Assembly (NCBI GenBank): GCA_964503885.1
Contig: CAZDCD010000008.1
Coordinates: forward strand, 82,088-146,087
From: an uncultured Bacteroidales bacterium
Lineage (GTDB): Bacteria; Bacteroidota; Bacteroidia; Bacteroidales; UBA10428
Reading direction: 5' to 3'
DNA length: 64,000 nt
The position numbers and the translations under genes were made by a program. The notes below the pieces were generated by a model. It did no database searches and had not been told where the DNA came from. It saw nothing but the letters and a program-made list of their open reading frames with translations. Positions within the stretch are counted from its first letter, which is position 1; every line of letters starts with the position of its first letter. This document shows, in pieces, positions 40,920 through 50,893 of the stretch.

Positions 40920-41727
40920 CCTGATGATGCAATTTATGTCTGAATTCTACATTGTGCTGATTTGCTGCTTTTCCCGAACCGTATATATTCCCGATGTAAA
41001 AACCGAATGCAAGACCTCCGAATATCCAGCCATAGGCACTTTCAATACCGTTTTTATCAAATCCACGGTATGATTGAAAGCCAAATGCTCCGACAAATAA
41101 CAGCGACATTAAACCGTCTTTCCAGTATCCCGAATATATTTTCCCGGTGCCCGGTATTATGGCAGACATTAAAACACTTAGTCCCGGGCTCTTGTAGTTA
41201 AAGTTGTTTTCCTCATCAAGCAATACTGAATACGGAGCAATAAAATAACCTTCTGTCACCTTGTTTTGCTGTATCAATTCACGAGATGACTGGTACTTTT
41301 CAGATAGCATCAGGTTTGACAGGTTAAGGAATACCTTTTCGGTATGATCGAGATTCCCGTTCAATGTAATGAACTGATCAGCTTTATCAAATTCTTTATC
41401 TGCAATAAGAAGTTTTCCATATTCAATTGAAAATCCGGTCGGGATCTCTGATGCTGAAGGGTAAAACGATTCCGTTTTCTGAATTCCTGTTTTCAGTTTG
41501 CCTGAAAGCCTGTACGTGCGAATCAGAAGCAGCCGTGCTTCGATGTTTGAGCTGTCGAGAAAAATAATCCGTTCCAGTTCACTGGCAGCCAGGTCATATT
41601 CATGTGCTGTAAACAGGTAACCGGCAAATTTCATTGAATTTTCAAGATTATAAAGATCCTGTCCCGTAGCAGACAAAACAGGAAACATCAGCAGTATCAA
41701 AATTCCAAGCTTATTTAAGGATTTCAT
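40891..41727 (-). CDS. TPR protein with C-terminal membrane hairpin (DUF5683/TM2-like), paralog of the adjacent gene
   Basis: Signal peptide, TPR helices, KSPGLSVLMSAIIPGTGKIYSG plus two hydrophobic segments. Start set at ATG 41727. Confidence 0.7.
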   Translation of the reverse strand: MKSLNKLGILILLMFPVLSATGQDLYNLENSMKFAGYLFTAHEYDLAASELERIIFLDSSNIEARLLLIRTYRLSGKLKTGIQKTESFYPSASEIPTGFSIEYGKLLIADKEFDKADQFITLNGNLDHTEKVFLNLSNLMLSEKYQSSRELIQQNKVTEGYFIAPYSVLLDEENNFNYKSPGLSVLMSAIIPGTGKIYSGYWKDGLMSLLFVGAFGFQSYRGFDKNGIESAYGWIFGGLAFGFYIGNIYGSGKAANQHNVEFRHKLHHQVEDVFNSFE

Positions 41728-42124
41728 ATTTAAAATTCCTCGGAGGGTCAATGAGAACGTGGTGTTCAATATCAATATCATAATTTTCGGGACTCAATCC
41801 ATTGCACCGGGAAAACCGGTCGAAGAAGTTTATTGTGCCAATGATGGCTCCCTGCTTCTTAATCGATAACATGGCATACTCTGAACAGGATGGGGTAAAC
41901 GTACAGGAACTGGCGTCCTGTGAGGAAATGAAATTCTTATAAAATAAGAACAGCCGCGTAAAAATAAACTCTACTTCATTTTTAAAGGTCCGTGCATATT
42001 CATATTTATTCGCCGTACCAACAGATTGATATAGATTCTTGAATTTATCAATATCTTCTGCGGTCTGGGAGTGAACCGTAAAACTAATAAGCAGGAACAG
42101 GGAAATCGTAATAATATTTTTCAT
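41711..42124 (-). CDS. YidD-like protein (membrane protein insertion efficiency factor / haemolytic domain) with N-terminal signal peptide
   Basis: CTFTPSCSEYA...G...RFSRCN matches the YidD three-Cys pattern; N-terminus MKNIITISLFLLISFTVHSQ. Confidence 0.8.
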   Translation of the reverse strand: MKNIITISLFLLISFTVHSQTAEDIDKFKNLYQSVGTANKYEYARTFKNEVEFIFTRLFLFYKNFISSQDASSCTFTPSCSEYAMLSIKKQGAIIGTINFFDRFSRCNGLSPENYDIDIEHHVLIDPPRNFKYEILK

Positions 42125-42764
42125 TCAGGTTATTCAGTTTAATGTTTTCAAAGGTAGTAACCTGGTAGGTTTTTTGCTCGCCTGTATACGAAATTTTTAT
42201 CATTTTGGTGGGGAAATCAATTCCGTTGATGATTTTGTAATCCTCAAAAAACTGTTTACCAACGATTTGACCTTCAGGGCTATAGAATATAATGCCGAAT
42301 AACCTGTTCTCTTTGGATGACAACATCACTTTCCCAAAGTGTTTACTGAATCTCTTCCCGGGTACCCAGGTGGAGATCACCATGCCACCATCGTTTTCCA
42401 CATTGTCGATCTTATAAAATGAATTATCAAGCCCGTAATTGCTCAATTTATTGCTGAGTGTGAGATAAAAAATGGAAAATTTTGTCAGATCAACGCTGCG
42501 AGTGCGGCTTGCCAGTGTATCTCCCAAAAAATAGTACAATACAGTATCCTTTGAAACGACCACCTGTTTTTCAGGAAAGGAAATAGCATACACAAGCTTA
42601 CCGATATTTTTATCATAATAAAACCGGCCGATGGTTAATTGAGATTGCATTTCGGTCTTTTCTTTTACAGAAATATCGCCCTCAATCCTAAAAAAATGTT
42701 GCCCAAAAGCAATTTTGGGCAACACCATTAAAAAAATATAAATGAATAAAATTCTGTAAATCAT
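42084..42764 (-). CDS. Exported beta-rich protein, possibly LolA-like fold
   Basis: Signal peptide (start ATG 42764), ~200-aa mature domain of alternating beta strands, C-terminal Y..IxGIxFPT...IS...TTFENIKLN...YYDF pattern. The fold call is inference. Confidence 0.5.
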   Translation of the reverse strand: MIYRILFIYIFLMVLPKIAFGQHFFRIEGDISVKEKTEMQSQLTIGRFYYDKNIGKLVYAISFPEKQVVVSKDTVLYYFLGDTLASRTRSVDLTKFSIFYLTLSNKLSNYGLDNSFYKIDNVENDGGMVISTWVPGKRFSKHFGKVMLSSKENRLFGIIFYSPEGQIVGKQFFEDYKIINGIDFPTKMIKISYTGEQKTYQVTTFENIKLNNLNEKYYYDFPVPAY

Positions 42765-42768
42765 CTTT

Positions 42769-43227
42769 TTAGACAGCCCATAACCCGGCATTTCCAAAGA
42801 TCCACACATAGAATGCAACATAAAAGACAATTACAATCAGGTAGCCGACAACACAACCTTTGAAAGCCGTCATGGTTTCATCTTTGTCATCAGCAACGAA
42901 ATAAACGAGGGCAACTCCGAATACACCGAATACACAGCCCCACCAGAATGAACCTATTCCGAGAGGCGGTTCTCCGAAGGGAATAGCACTGGACAAAGGA
43001 TTGTTGACAGTGATTCCGGCAATCAACGGATTATTTTGTGCCAGCAGGTTGGTTAGTGTAACACCATCGTTACTTTTAACATAATTTTCCAGCAACGATA
43101 AGTTTGTGAACTCTTTATTCAGTTCATCCTTATCATAGCTGAACAAATCAGCATTGCCGGCAAATAAATTCCCTGCCGCAATCAGAACAATAAAGATCGA
43201 AGAAAGTAGGATTTTTTTCATAGCCAT
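42769..43227 (-). CDS. Hypothetical exported membrane protein with two C-terminal transmembrane segments
   Basis: Signal peptide, soluble N-terminal part, FWWGCVFGVFGVALVYFV and GCVVGYLIVIVFYVAFYVW. Confidence 0.75.
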   Translation of the reverse strand: MAMKKILLSSIFIVLIAAGNLFAGNADLFSYDKDELNKEFTNLSLLENYVKSNDGVTLTNLLAQNNPLIAGITVNNPLSSAIPFGEPPLGIGSFWWGCVFGVFGVALVYFVADDKDETMTAFKGCVVGYLIVIVFYVAFYVWIFGNAGLWAV

Positions 43228-43412
43228 GATTATTAATTAATAACCCTCAAATTTAATATTTTTCAGGAATTATACACATAATCAGGAAATTTTAGAACGA
43301 TTTTAAATTAATCCGATAATTTTTTTTAACTAAAAATGTAACTTATTTTTAAAATTCCCATATAACACGTAGTAATTCATTTTTAACTGGTTATTAATTT
43401 AAATTTTTGAGT

Positions 43413-43955
43413 ATGAAAAAAATTACTATGAAATTATTAGTTGTGATTGCCGGGCTTGTGATTAGCTGCTCGATTTTCGCACAGAAAAAAAATGCCATCA
43501 AAGTGAATATTTTTAGTCCGATTGTAAGAACCGGTTCGTTTTTTTATGAAAGGGCTTTAAGCGATGGAGCAAGTGCACAGTTAGGATTTTTTTATACCGG
43601 CTATAAAGTTTCTGACACTAAATTTTCAGGGTATGGTATTACACCTGAATTCCGGTTTTACCCTTCCAGGAATGAAGATATGAAAGGTTTTTACCTGGCT
43701 CCTTTCTTGCGTTATCAAAGCTTTAGCCTTTCAGATGAGTTAAACAATGAAGCTACCTTTTCATCATTTGGCGGCGGCGTGTTAATCGGAGGCCAGTTTT
43801 TATTTGGAAATATTGTAACACTAGATATATTTATAGGTCCTGCATACAACTCCGGGAGTACCAAGGTTAAATCAGGAAGTGCAGATACTTTCTCACTCGG
43901 ATCTTTTGATGGCTTTGGTGTAAGGCCAGGAGTCACTGTTGGTATTGCATTTTAA
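43413..43955 (+). CDS. Small outer-membrane beta-barrel protein (DUF3575-like)
   Basis: Signal peptide, AIKVNIFSP, YERAL, PEFRFY, GFYLAPF, C-terminal GVTVGIAF. Confidence 0.75.
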   Translation: MKKITMKLLVVIAGLVISCSIFAQKKNAIKVNIFSPIVRTGSFFYERALSDGASAQLGFFYTGYKVSDTKFSGYGITPEFRFYPSRNEDMKGFYLAPFLRYQSFSLSDELNNEATFSSFGGGVLIGGQFLFGNIVTLDIFIGPAYNSGSTKVKSGSADTFSLGSFDGFGVRPGVTVGIAF

Positions 43956-43978
43956 GAAAAAACATAATTTTGAATAGT

Positions 43979-44012
43979 AAAACCATGAGTTATATGACTC
44001 ATGGTTTTTTTT
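43979..44012 (+). terminator. Intrinsic terminator, probably bidirectional
   Basis: AAAACCATGAGT-TATATG-ACTCATGGTTTT-TTTT between convergent genes. Confidence 0.85.
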
Positions 44013-44095
44013 ATTCATAAACATATTTAATTCTGCGTTATTCCCAAGATAAACCTGAAAATTCTATTTCCTTTAATACCATAGAGACCATGAAA

Positions 44096-44749
44096 TCATT
44101 TCTTTAACAGTTTAAATCCATGTGACCATTCATTGTGAAGAATTCCCGGAATACACCATAAAATACATAGGGGTTCCAGGGCCCTGGCAGCTTCAACACC
44201 ACCCATATCTGCCACGCCGAGACCAAAAAGGTGAACAATATCGGCTACTTTCTTCTTTGCATTGTTGTTATTACCGGCAATGAACATGGTGGGTTTTTCA
44301 CCTCCGAAATCAGGATTGACCATAAAATGGCTTCCGATGGAGTTGAATGCCTTAACAAAATGCACATCTTTAAATTCCGACTGCAGCTCCTCCATAAGCG
44401 ATTTATCCAGTGTAGTAAAAAATTTCAGCACACCGTTTTCGGGGGGGGCGTCGGCAATGGGATTTGTTGTATCGATGACAATTTTACCCGACAAATTTTC
44501 GTGTCCGCAGGCACGCAATACGTCTCCGGCGACATTTCCCTTTACGGCAAGCACGAGAATCTCCCCGAAGCGGGCAGCATCTTTGAATGTTCCTGTTGAT
44601 GCATTGCTCCCCGATGTGTCTTTCCATTCCTTAAGTTTTTCAGGAGTTCTTGAACCGAGCATTACGGTATAGCCATTTTTTATGAACCCGTTGCCCAGGG
44701 CCTGCGCAACAGGACCAGATCCCAGTATTCCGATATTTTTTGTTTCCAT
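44096..44749 (-). CDS. NADPH-dependent F420 reductase-like dinucleotide-binding oxidoreductase
   Basis: GILGSGPVA, GSRTP, VIDTTNP, VKAFNSIG, MFIAGN, DMGG. Start set at ATG 44749. Confidence 0.82.
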   Translation of the reverse strand: METKNIGILGSGPVAQALGNGFIKNGYTVMLGSRTPEKLKEWKDTSGSNASTGTFKDAARFGEILVLAVKGNVAGDVLRACGHENLSGKIVIDTTNPIADAPPENGVLKFFTTLDKSLMEELQSEFKDVHFVKAFNSIGSHFMVNPDFGGEKPTMFIAGNNNNAKKKVADIVHLFGLGVADMGGVEAARALEPLCILWCIPGILHNEWSHGFKLLKK

Positions 44750-45169
44750 AGTTATCATGTATGTTTATGAATATAATACATACACAACAAAGATAACGCT
44801 GACTTTGTTGACCGTCTGGATCATAACTTCATGCCAGGCTGAAATAATACCCCATAATAGTACATCTGTAGTAAGGGCATCAATAAAAAATAATTAATTC
44901 GTCCGGGAAACCCATGTAGCAAATAGCTCTTTTATTTTTATAATGCGACACCGCAAAAGCTTCAAAAACATATACAGCAGCATTGCATCTCAAACAAAGA
45001 CCACTCGGAAGTTGATAAATACAGCCGTTATTTCGTGGGAAGAATTTTTGGTATGTGGGAAGATTATAAAGTTGATCAACGAAACAGTAAAAGGGTTGAA
45101 TCATTCTCCGTTTGTCAATCTTTAGCTGGTATTGAAAGCTGCACCGCTGCTGATCAACGCTGAAATAGA

Positions 45170-45487
45170 TTACAACATTCCCAGTTCAAGCCTGGCCTCA
45201 TCTGACAGCATGGACTGGTCCCACGGAGGATCAAAAACCAGTTCAACTTCTGCACCGTTCACACCGTCAAGGGCAGCGACCTTTTCCTTAACCTCCAAGG
45301 GAAGCTGATCGGCGACCGGACAATTGGGAGCGGTTAAGGTCATGGTTATCCTGGCTGTATTGTTTTCGTCAAGCTCAATATCATACACCAGCCCCAGGTC
45401 GTAAATATTCACCGGGATCTCAGGGTCATAGATGTTTTTAAGCACCTGAACTATATCGGTTTCTATCTGAAGAAGATTGTTTTCCAT
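45170..45487 (-). CDS. sufT: SufT/DUF59 Fe-S cluster assembly protein
   Basis: YDPEIPVNIYDLGLVY, MTLTAPNCP, VFDPPW. Start set at ATG 45487. Confidence 0.9.
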   Translation of the reverse strand: MENNLLQIETDIVQVLKNIYDPEIPVNIYDLGLVYDIELDENNTARITMTLTAPNCPVADQLPLEVKEKVAALDGVNGAEVELVFDPPWDQSMLSDEARLELGML

Positions 45488-45500
45488 ACTCCTTTCCTTT

Positions 45501-45938
45501 TCACTTTTCCGACTTATTATACTTGGTATCATAGGCTATAGCATACAGCTTCATTTGTTTGATCATTGCAAGCAAACCGTTCGACCGGGTAGGCGAAAGA
45601 TTCTGACGCAGGCCAATTCTTTCTATAAAATAAAGATCGGAGTTCATGATCTCCCCGGGTTTTCTGCCGGACAATACTCGTATCAGCAAGCTAATTATGC
45701 CTTTGGTGATTATGGCATCGCTGTCAGCAGTAAATCTCACAATACCGTCATCGAATTCGGCATTTAACCATACTTTCGACTGGCAACCGTTAATAAGGTA
45801 TTCGTTGTTCTTATATTTCGGATCGATAAGGGGCAGATCATTACTCAGTTCAATCAGGTAATTGTATTTATCCATCCAATCGTCAAATACCTCGAATTCA
45901 GCTATAATATCATTCTGTATATCGTTCAATTCCTTCAC
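45501..45938 (-). CDS. sufE: Cysteine desulfuration protein SufE
   Basis: DWMDKYNYLI, GCQSKVW, ADSDAIITKGI, LSPTRSNGL. GTG start at 45938 is inferred. Confidence 0.92.
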   Translation of the reverse strand: MKELNDIQNDIIAEFEVFDDWMDKYNYLIELSNDLPLIDPKYKNNEYLINGCQSKVWLNAEFDDGIVRFTADSDAIITKGIISLLIRVLSGRKPGEIMNSDLYFIERIGLRQNLSPTRSNGLLAMIKQMKLYAIAYDTKYNKSEK

Positions 45939-46001
45939 CTGGTTTAACAATGATAATATAAACAAGTTCGAATTTAATGAAAAAAATTCACAGGGTTTCA
46001 T

Positions 46002-47225
46002 TCAGCCCAGCATCTGTTTCACTTTTGCCAAAGCGCGTATAAGGGCATCGATATCTTCTTTGTTATTGTATAACGCAATAGAAGCACGAATGTTTCCCTG
46101 GATACCATAGTGTTGCATCAGAGGCTGAGCGCAATGGGTACCGGTCCTCACTGCAACACCCATTTTATCCATGATCATTCCTGCATCAAGAGGGTGAATA
46201 GTTCCGATAAGAAACGAGAGAATAGACGATTTATGTGCTGATCTGCCGAAAATCCGAATGTCACCGAATTCATCGAGCCTTGAGGTAGCGTAATCCAATA
46301 TGTTGGTTTCATGGGCTGATATATTTTTGAGGCCAAGGTTCAATAGATAATCAATGGCAACACCCAGTCCTATGGCACCCACAAAATTCATGGTTCCGGC
46401 TTCAAACTTAAAGGGAATCTGGTTATAGGTGGTTTTTTCAAAGGTTACCACATCCACCATATCACCTCCCCCCTGGTATGGAGGCAATTCTTCGAGCCAT
46501 TTTTCTTTTCCATAAAGTACGCCGATACCTGTGGGACCATACATTTTATGGCCTGAAAAAACCAGGAAATCACACCCGGTTTTTAACACGTCAAGAGGCA
46601 TGTGCTGAACAGACTGTGCCGCATCAATAAGCACCGGTATATTATAACGGTGTGCAACCGCAATGATTTCTTCAATAGGATTAATCGTACCTAAAACATT
46701 TGAGACATGAATCACCGAAACCAGCTTTGTTTTTTTTGATATCAGCTTTTCAAATTCGTCCATCATCAGGTCCCCGTCATCGGTTATCGGTGTAATCCTG
46801 AGCCGTGCACCTTTACGTTCACAGAGCATCTGCCATGGAACAATATTGGCATGGTGTTCCATTGCCGAAACAATAATCTCATCTCCTTCATGAATATACT
46901 TTTCCCCGAACGAAAAGGCCAGCGCATTTATCGAACCGGTAGCGCCACTGGTAAATACTATTTCATGAGAATTGGCAGCGCCGATGTATTTCTGTACTTT
47001 TGAACGGGCATTTTCATAATCTTCGGTAGCCAGCTCGCTCAGATGATGAACACCCCTGTGGATGGTGCTGTAATGTTTCCGGTGGTATTCATTTATTATG
47101 TTGATCACAGGCAGAGGTTTCTGTGTAGTTGCACCGTTATCGAGGTAAACAAGCGGATAATTATAGATTTTTTCCTGAAGTATGGGAAAATCTTTTCGTA
47201 TCTCAGTCACATTGAAGTTCACCAC
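46002..47225 (-). CDS. sufS: Cysteine desulfurase SufS
   Basis: YLDNGATTQKP, EHHANIVPW, DAAQ, FSGHKMYGPTG, EAGT, RTGTHCAQP. Confidence 0.96.
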   Translation of the reverse strand: MVNFNVTEIRKDFPILQEKIYNYPLVYLDNGATTQKPLPVINIINEYHRKHYSTIHRGVHHLSELATEDYENARSKVQKYIGAANSHEIVFTSGATGSINALAFSFGEKYIHEGDEIIVSAMEHHANIVPWQMLCERKGARLRITPITDDGDLMMDEFEKLISKKTKLVSVIHVSNVLGTINPIEEIIAVAHRYNIPVLIDAAQSVQHMPLDVLKTGCDFLVFSGHKMYGPTGIGVLYGKEKWLEELPPYQGGGDMVDVVTFEKTTYNQIPFKFEAGTMNFVGAIGLGVAIDYLLNLGLKNISAHETNILDYATSRLDEFGDIRIFGRSAHKSSILSFLIGTIHPLDAGMIMDKMGVAVRTGTHCAQPLMQHYGIQGNIRASIALYNNKEDIDALIRALAKVKQMLG

Positions 47226-47245
47226 TTTTTAATTAGAAATTAACA

Positions 47246-48610
47246 TTAACCGCAACTGATTTCACAATCGTTGCACTTCGACAATTCACCGCGTAATCGT
47301 TTATCTACCAAATCGATAATCCTGTCTTTAAGATGCGGTGTGGTGATTTTGCTGATCACTTCGTTTGCAAACGCATACATCAGGAGATGCCGTGCTTCTT
47401 TTTCGGGAATCCCCCTGCTCCGGAGATAAAACAGTGAATCGGAATCGAGCTGTCCGACAGTAGCTCCGTGACTGCATTTCACATCATCGGCATAAATCTC
47501 AAGCTGAGGTTTTGAATTCATCCTGGCCGAAGGTGAAAGCAGTATATTCTGGTTTTTCTGGTATGCGATTGTTTTTTGGGCATCCTGGCTTACGTATATT
47601 TTCCCGTTAAAAGCACCTGATGCATTTTCATTCAGAATTCCTTTGAACAGCTGGTTACTCTGGCAGTTCGGTCTGGCATGATTTACCAGTGTATAATTTG
47701 AAACATGTTGATTGCCGTCACCGATAAATAATCCGTATGTGTGGTTTTCCGCCCCCTCACCATCTAGCTTTACCACCACATTGTTCCGGATAAATCCTCC
47801 GTGAAGCGATAAAATATTGGTGATCACATTGCTGTATTTTTCCTGGTGAATATGGGAATGAGTGATTTGTGAAGATTGATTGTTCTCATTCTGCAGCCTG
47901 GTAAGGTCAATTCTGGCATTTTCTCCTGCAACTATTTCCGTCAGCGAATTAGTCAGGTAACTTCTGTTGCAAAGGGTATGGTCACAGATCAGCAGTTGCA
48001 GGTCAGATCCTGGGCCGCCGATGACAAGATTTCTTCGGGTTATCCTCAGATCCCTGAATGTATAACAAAGGTTAATGACCTGAATGGGTTTTTTCAACTG
48101 CACATTTTCAGGGATATAGATAAATACGCCATCCTGTGCAAAGAATGTATTCAATGCAGCGATACTGTCTCCCGAGGTCTCAGCATATTTCCCGTAATGC
48201 GCATTAAAAAGATCTGGATAATTTACCGAGGCATTGGCAAGACTGGTAACAATAACCCCTTCGGGTAATCCCGATAATACGTTGTCATGGTAATAAAATC
48301 CGTTAAGGACTAAAACCGTGTAAGTATCGAGCTCGGGTACTTCGCATTTGAAGATATCCTCGAGTTTTATTTTTAAAAGCTCCGGTGTAAATTCGGTAGA
48401 ATATTCACCGGCCAGTATGGGCTCAAGATTTGTATATTTGTACGATTCGGCCTTACGGGTTGGGATTCCTAAACGGTCGAAATCGGCCAGAGCTTTATTC
48501 CTGAGCTTACTGATCCCTTTCCCCACCTGATTGTCGATCGAAATCTTATTTTCCTGGTAGAGCCTTATCAGATCGGACTTAACTTTATCCAGTGTACTGA
48601 CCTTTTCCAT
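47246..48610 (-). CDS. sufD: Fe-S cluster assembly protein SufD
   Basis: ESYKYT, AFNGKIYV, KPQLEIYADDVKCSHGATVG, FYLRSRGI. Confidence 0.95.
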   Translation of the reverse strand: MEKVSTLDKVKSDLIRLYQENKISIDNQVGKGISKLRNKALADFDRLGIPTRKAESYKYTNLEPILAGEYSTEFTPELLKIKLEDIFKCEVPELDTYTVLVLNGFYYHDNVLSGLPEGVIVTSLANASVNYPDLFNAHYGKYAETSGDSIAALNTFFAQDGVFIYIPENVQLKKPIQVINLCYTFRDLRITRRNLVIGGPGSDLQLLICDHTLCNRSYLTNSLTEIVAGENARIDLTRLQNENNQSSQITHSHIHQEKYSNVITNILSLHGGFIRNNVVVKLDGEGAENHTYGLFIGDGNQHVSNYTLVNHARPNCQSNQLFKGILNENASGAFNGKIYVSQDAQKTIAYQKNQNILLSPSARMNSKPQLEIYADDVKCSHGATVGQLDSDSLFYLRSRGIPEKEARHLLMYAFANEVISKITTPHLKDRIIDLVDKRLRGELSKCNDCEISCG

Positions 48611-48622
48611 GAGCAGTCATTA

Positions 48623-49372
48623 TTATTCCGTTTCCGATTCGATCCATTCGTATCCCTTTTCCTCGAGCTCCAATGCCAGCTCCTTCCCGCTCGATTTCAC
48701 TATTTTTCCCTTATACAGTACATGCACGTAATCGGGAATAATATATTCAAGCAACCGCTGGTAATGCGTAATTACAATGGTCGCTTTTTTAGCATTCCTC
48801 ATTTTGTTTACGCCGTTTGCTACCACTTTAAGTGCATCGATATCGAGTCCCGAATCGGTTTCATCCAATATCGAGAGTTGAGGTTCGAGCATGGCCATCT
48901 GGAATATCTCGTTTTTCTTTTTTTCCCCTCCTGAAAATCCTTCATTGACCGACCGGTTTGTCAGGTTTGAATGCAAGCCGACAAGCTCCTGTTTTTCGCG
49001 CAGATGTCTTAAAAAATCAGAAGCCGACAACGGTTTCAGGTTGCGGTATTTTCGCTGTTCATTGATGGCTGTTTTCAGGAAGTTAACCATAGTTACACCG
49101 GGGATTTCGACAGGATACTGGAAGCCGAGAAAAATTCCCTTGTGCGCCCTTTCCTCGGGGCTCATTTCAAGCAGATCTTCTCCGTTATAATGCACCCTGC
49201 CATGAGTAACAGTATATGTATCCTTTCCTGCCAGAACGGCAGCAAGGGTACTTTTCCCGGAGCCGTTGGGGCCCATAATGGCATGAATTTCACCGGCATT
49301 AACTGAGAGACTAATTCCTTTCAGGATCTCCTTCCCGTCAATTTCAACTACAAGATCTTCAATGTTTAACAT
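48623..49372 (-). CDS. sufC: Fe-S cluster assembly ATPase SufC
   Basis: GPNGSGKST, FQYPVEIPG, NEGFSGGEKK, LDETDSGLDID, ITHY. Start set at ATG 49372. Confidence 0.97.
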   Translation of the reverse strand: MLNIEDLVVEIDGKEILKGISLSVNAGEIHAIMGPNGSGKSTLAAVLAGKDTYTVTHGRVHYNGEDLLEMSPEERAHKGIFLGFQYPVEIPGVTMVNFLKTAINEQRKYRNLKPLSASDFLRHLREKQELVGLHSNLTNRSVNEGFSGGEKKKNEIFQMAMLEPQLSILDETDSGLDIDALKVVANGVNKMRNAKKATIVITHYQRLLEYIIPDYVHVLYKGKIVKSSGKELALELEEKGYEWIESETE

Positions 49373-49398
49373 AACCAAATTTATTTTTTATCAATGGT

Positions 49399-50847
49399 TC
49401 AGCCGACACTCCCTTCAAGGCTGATCTGCAATAATTTTTGTGCTTCAACGGCAAATTCCATAGGGAGCTTGTTCAGCACTTCCCGTGCATAACCGTTCAC
49501 GATAAGTCCGATGGCGGTTTCAGTATCTATTCCCCGCTGATTGCAGTAAAATATCTGGTCTTCGCCTATTTTTGATGTGGTAGCTTCATGTTCAATAACA
49601 GCAGTTTCATTATCAACCTCGAGATACGGAAACGTGTGTGCTCCGCACCGGTCACCCAGCAACAGCGAATCGCACTGTGAAAAATTCCTCACATTGGAGG
49701 CATTTTTAGAAACCTTAACCAGTCCCCTGTAACTGTTCTGACTCTTGCCGGCGGCAATACCTTTTGAGATCACGGTACTTTTTGAGTTTTTCCCGATATG
49801 GATCATTTTGGTACCGGTATCGGCCTGCTGGTGATTATTGGTGACCGCCACCGAATAAAATTCGCCGACCGTATTGTTACCTTTCAGGATGCAACTCGGA
49901 TATTTCCAGGTGATTGCTGAACCTGTTTCAACCTGGGTCCACGATATCTTGGCATTATCACCCTTGCATATTCCCCGTTTGGTCACAAAATTGTAAACGC
50001 CGCCTTTTCCATTCTTATCACCGGGATACCAGTTTTGCACGGTGGAGTATTTCACCTCGGCATTTTCAAGGGCAATAATCTCTACAACCGCAGCATGCAA
50101 TTGATTCTCATCACGCCTTGGAGCCGTGCAACCCTCGAGATAACTTACGTATGCGTCTTCTTCGGCGATAATCAGTGTTCGTTCGAATTGTCCGGTGTTT
50201 GCAGCATTTATTCTGAAATAGGTAGACAATTCCATCGGACTTCTTACCCCTCTGGGAATAAAGCAAAACGATCCATCGCTGAAGACCGCGGAATTCAGTG
50301 AAGCGAAAAAGTTATCGGTATAGGGAACAACAGATCCCATATATTTTTTTACCAGATCGGGGTATTCGCGCAAAGCTTCGCTAAACGAACAGAATATTAT
50401 GCCCAGTTCGGCAAGCGTTTCACGAAAAGTGGTTTTAACCGATATGCTGTCCATTACCGCATCAACCGCCACCCCGGTCAGATGTTTTTGTTCCTCGAGC
50501 GGAATGCCAAGCCTTTCGAAAGTTTTCAGCAATTCAGGATCAACTTCATCAAGACTTGCCGGACCGATTTTCTGCCTGGGAGCAGCGTAGTAAATTATAT
50601 CCTGGTATCTGATCTCAGGAATGGTAAGATGGGCCCATTCGGGCATTTTCATGGTCTGCCAGTGCCGGAAAGCTTTAAGACGGAATTCAAGCATAAATTC
50701 AGGTTCGTTCTTTTTAGCCGAAATCATCCTGACTACATCCTCGTTCAGTCCTTTTGGGATGGTATCGATCTCAATATCGGTAATAAATCCGTATTTATAA
50801 TCGCTTTCTGTAAGTTCAGTCAATATTTTATCTTGTTCCTGTTCCAT
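49399..50847 (-). CDS. sufB: Fe-S cluster assembly protein SufB
   Basis: [48 protein letters not shown]. Start set at ATG 50847. Confidence 0.97.
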   Translation of the reverse strand: MEQEQDKILTELTESDYKYGFITDIEIDTIPKGLNEDVVRMISAKKNEPEFMLEFRLKAFRHWQTMKMPEWAHLTIPEIRYQDIIYYAAPRQKIGPASLDEVDPELLKTFERLGIPLEEQKHLTGVAVDAVMDSISVKTTFRETLAELGIIFCSFSEALREYPDLVKKYMGSVVPYTDNFFASLNSAVFSDGSFCFIPRGVRSPMELSTYFRINAANTGQFERTLIIAEEDAYVSYLEGCTAPRRDENQLHAAVVEIIALENAEVKYSTVQNWYPGDKNGKGGVYNFVTKRGICKGDNAKISWTQVETGSAITWKYPSCILKGNNTVGEFYSVAVTNNHQQADTGTKMIHIGKNSKSTVISKGIAAGKSQNSYRGLVKVSKNASNVRNFSQCDSLLLGDRCGAHTFPYLEVDNETAVIEHEATTSKIGEDQIFYCNQRGIDTETAIGLIVNGYAREVLNKLPMEFAVEAQKLLQISLEGSVG

Positions 50848-50893
50848 GATCTGCAAAATTATAAATAATCAATCTCTCCTTTATTCACAAATC

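Noticed and set aside
44441-44448. G8 tract (and G7 near 63744-63750) as phase-variation sites
   Set aside because: Short, in frame, encoding Pro-Pro or Gly-Gly in non-surface genes.
44760-45169. About 400 bp between sufT and the oxidoreductase, including ORFs 44880-45104 (-) and 44943-45125 (+)
   Set aside because: I checked several frames by hand and none reads as a recognisable protein. One minus frame is hydrophobic but broken by several stops, too weak to call a pseudogene.
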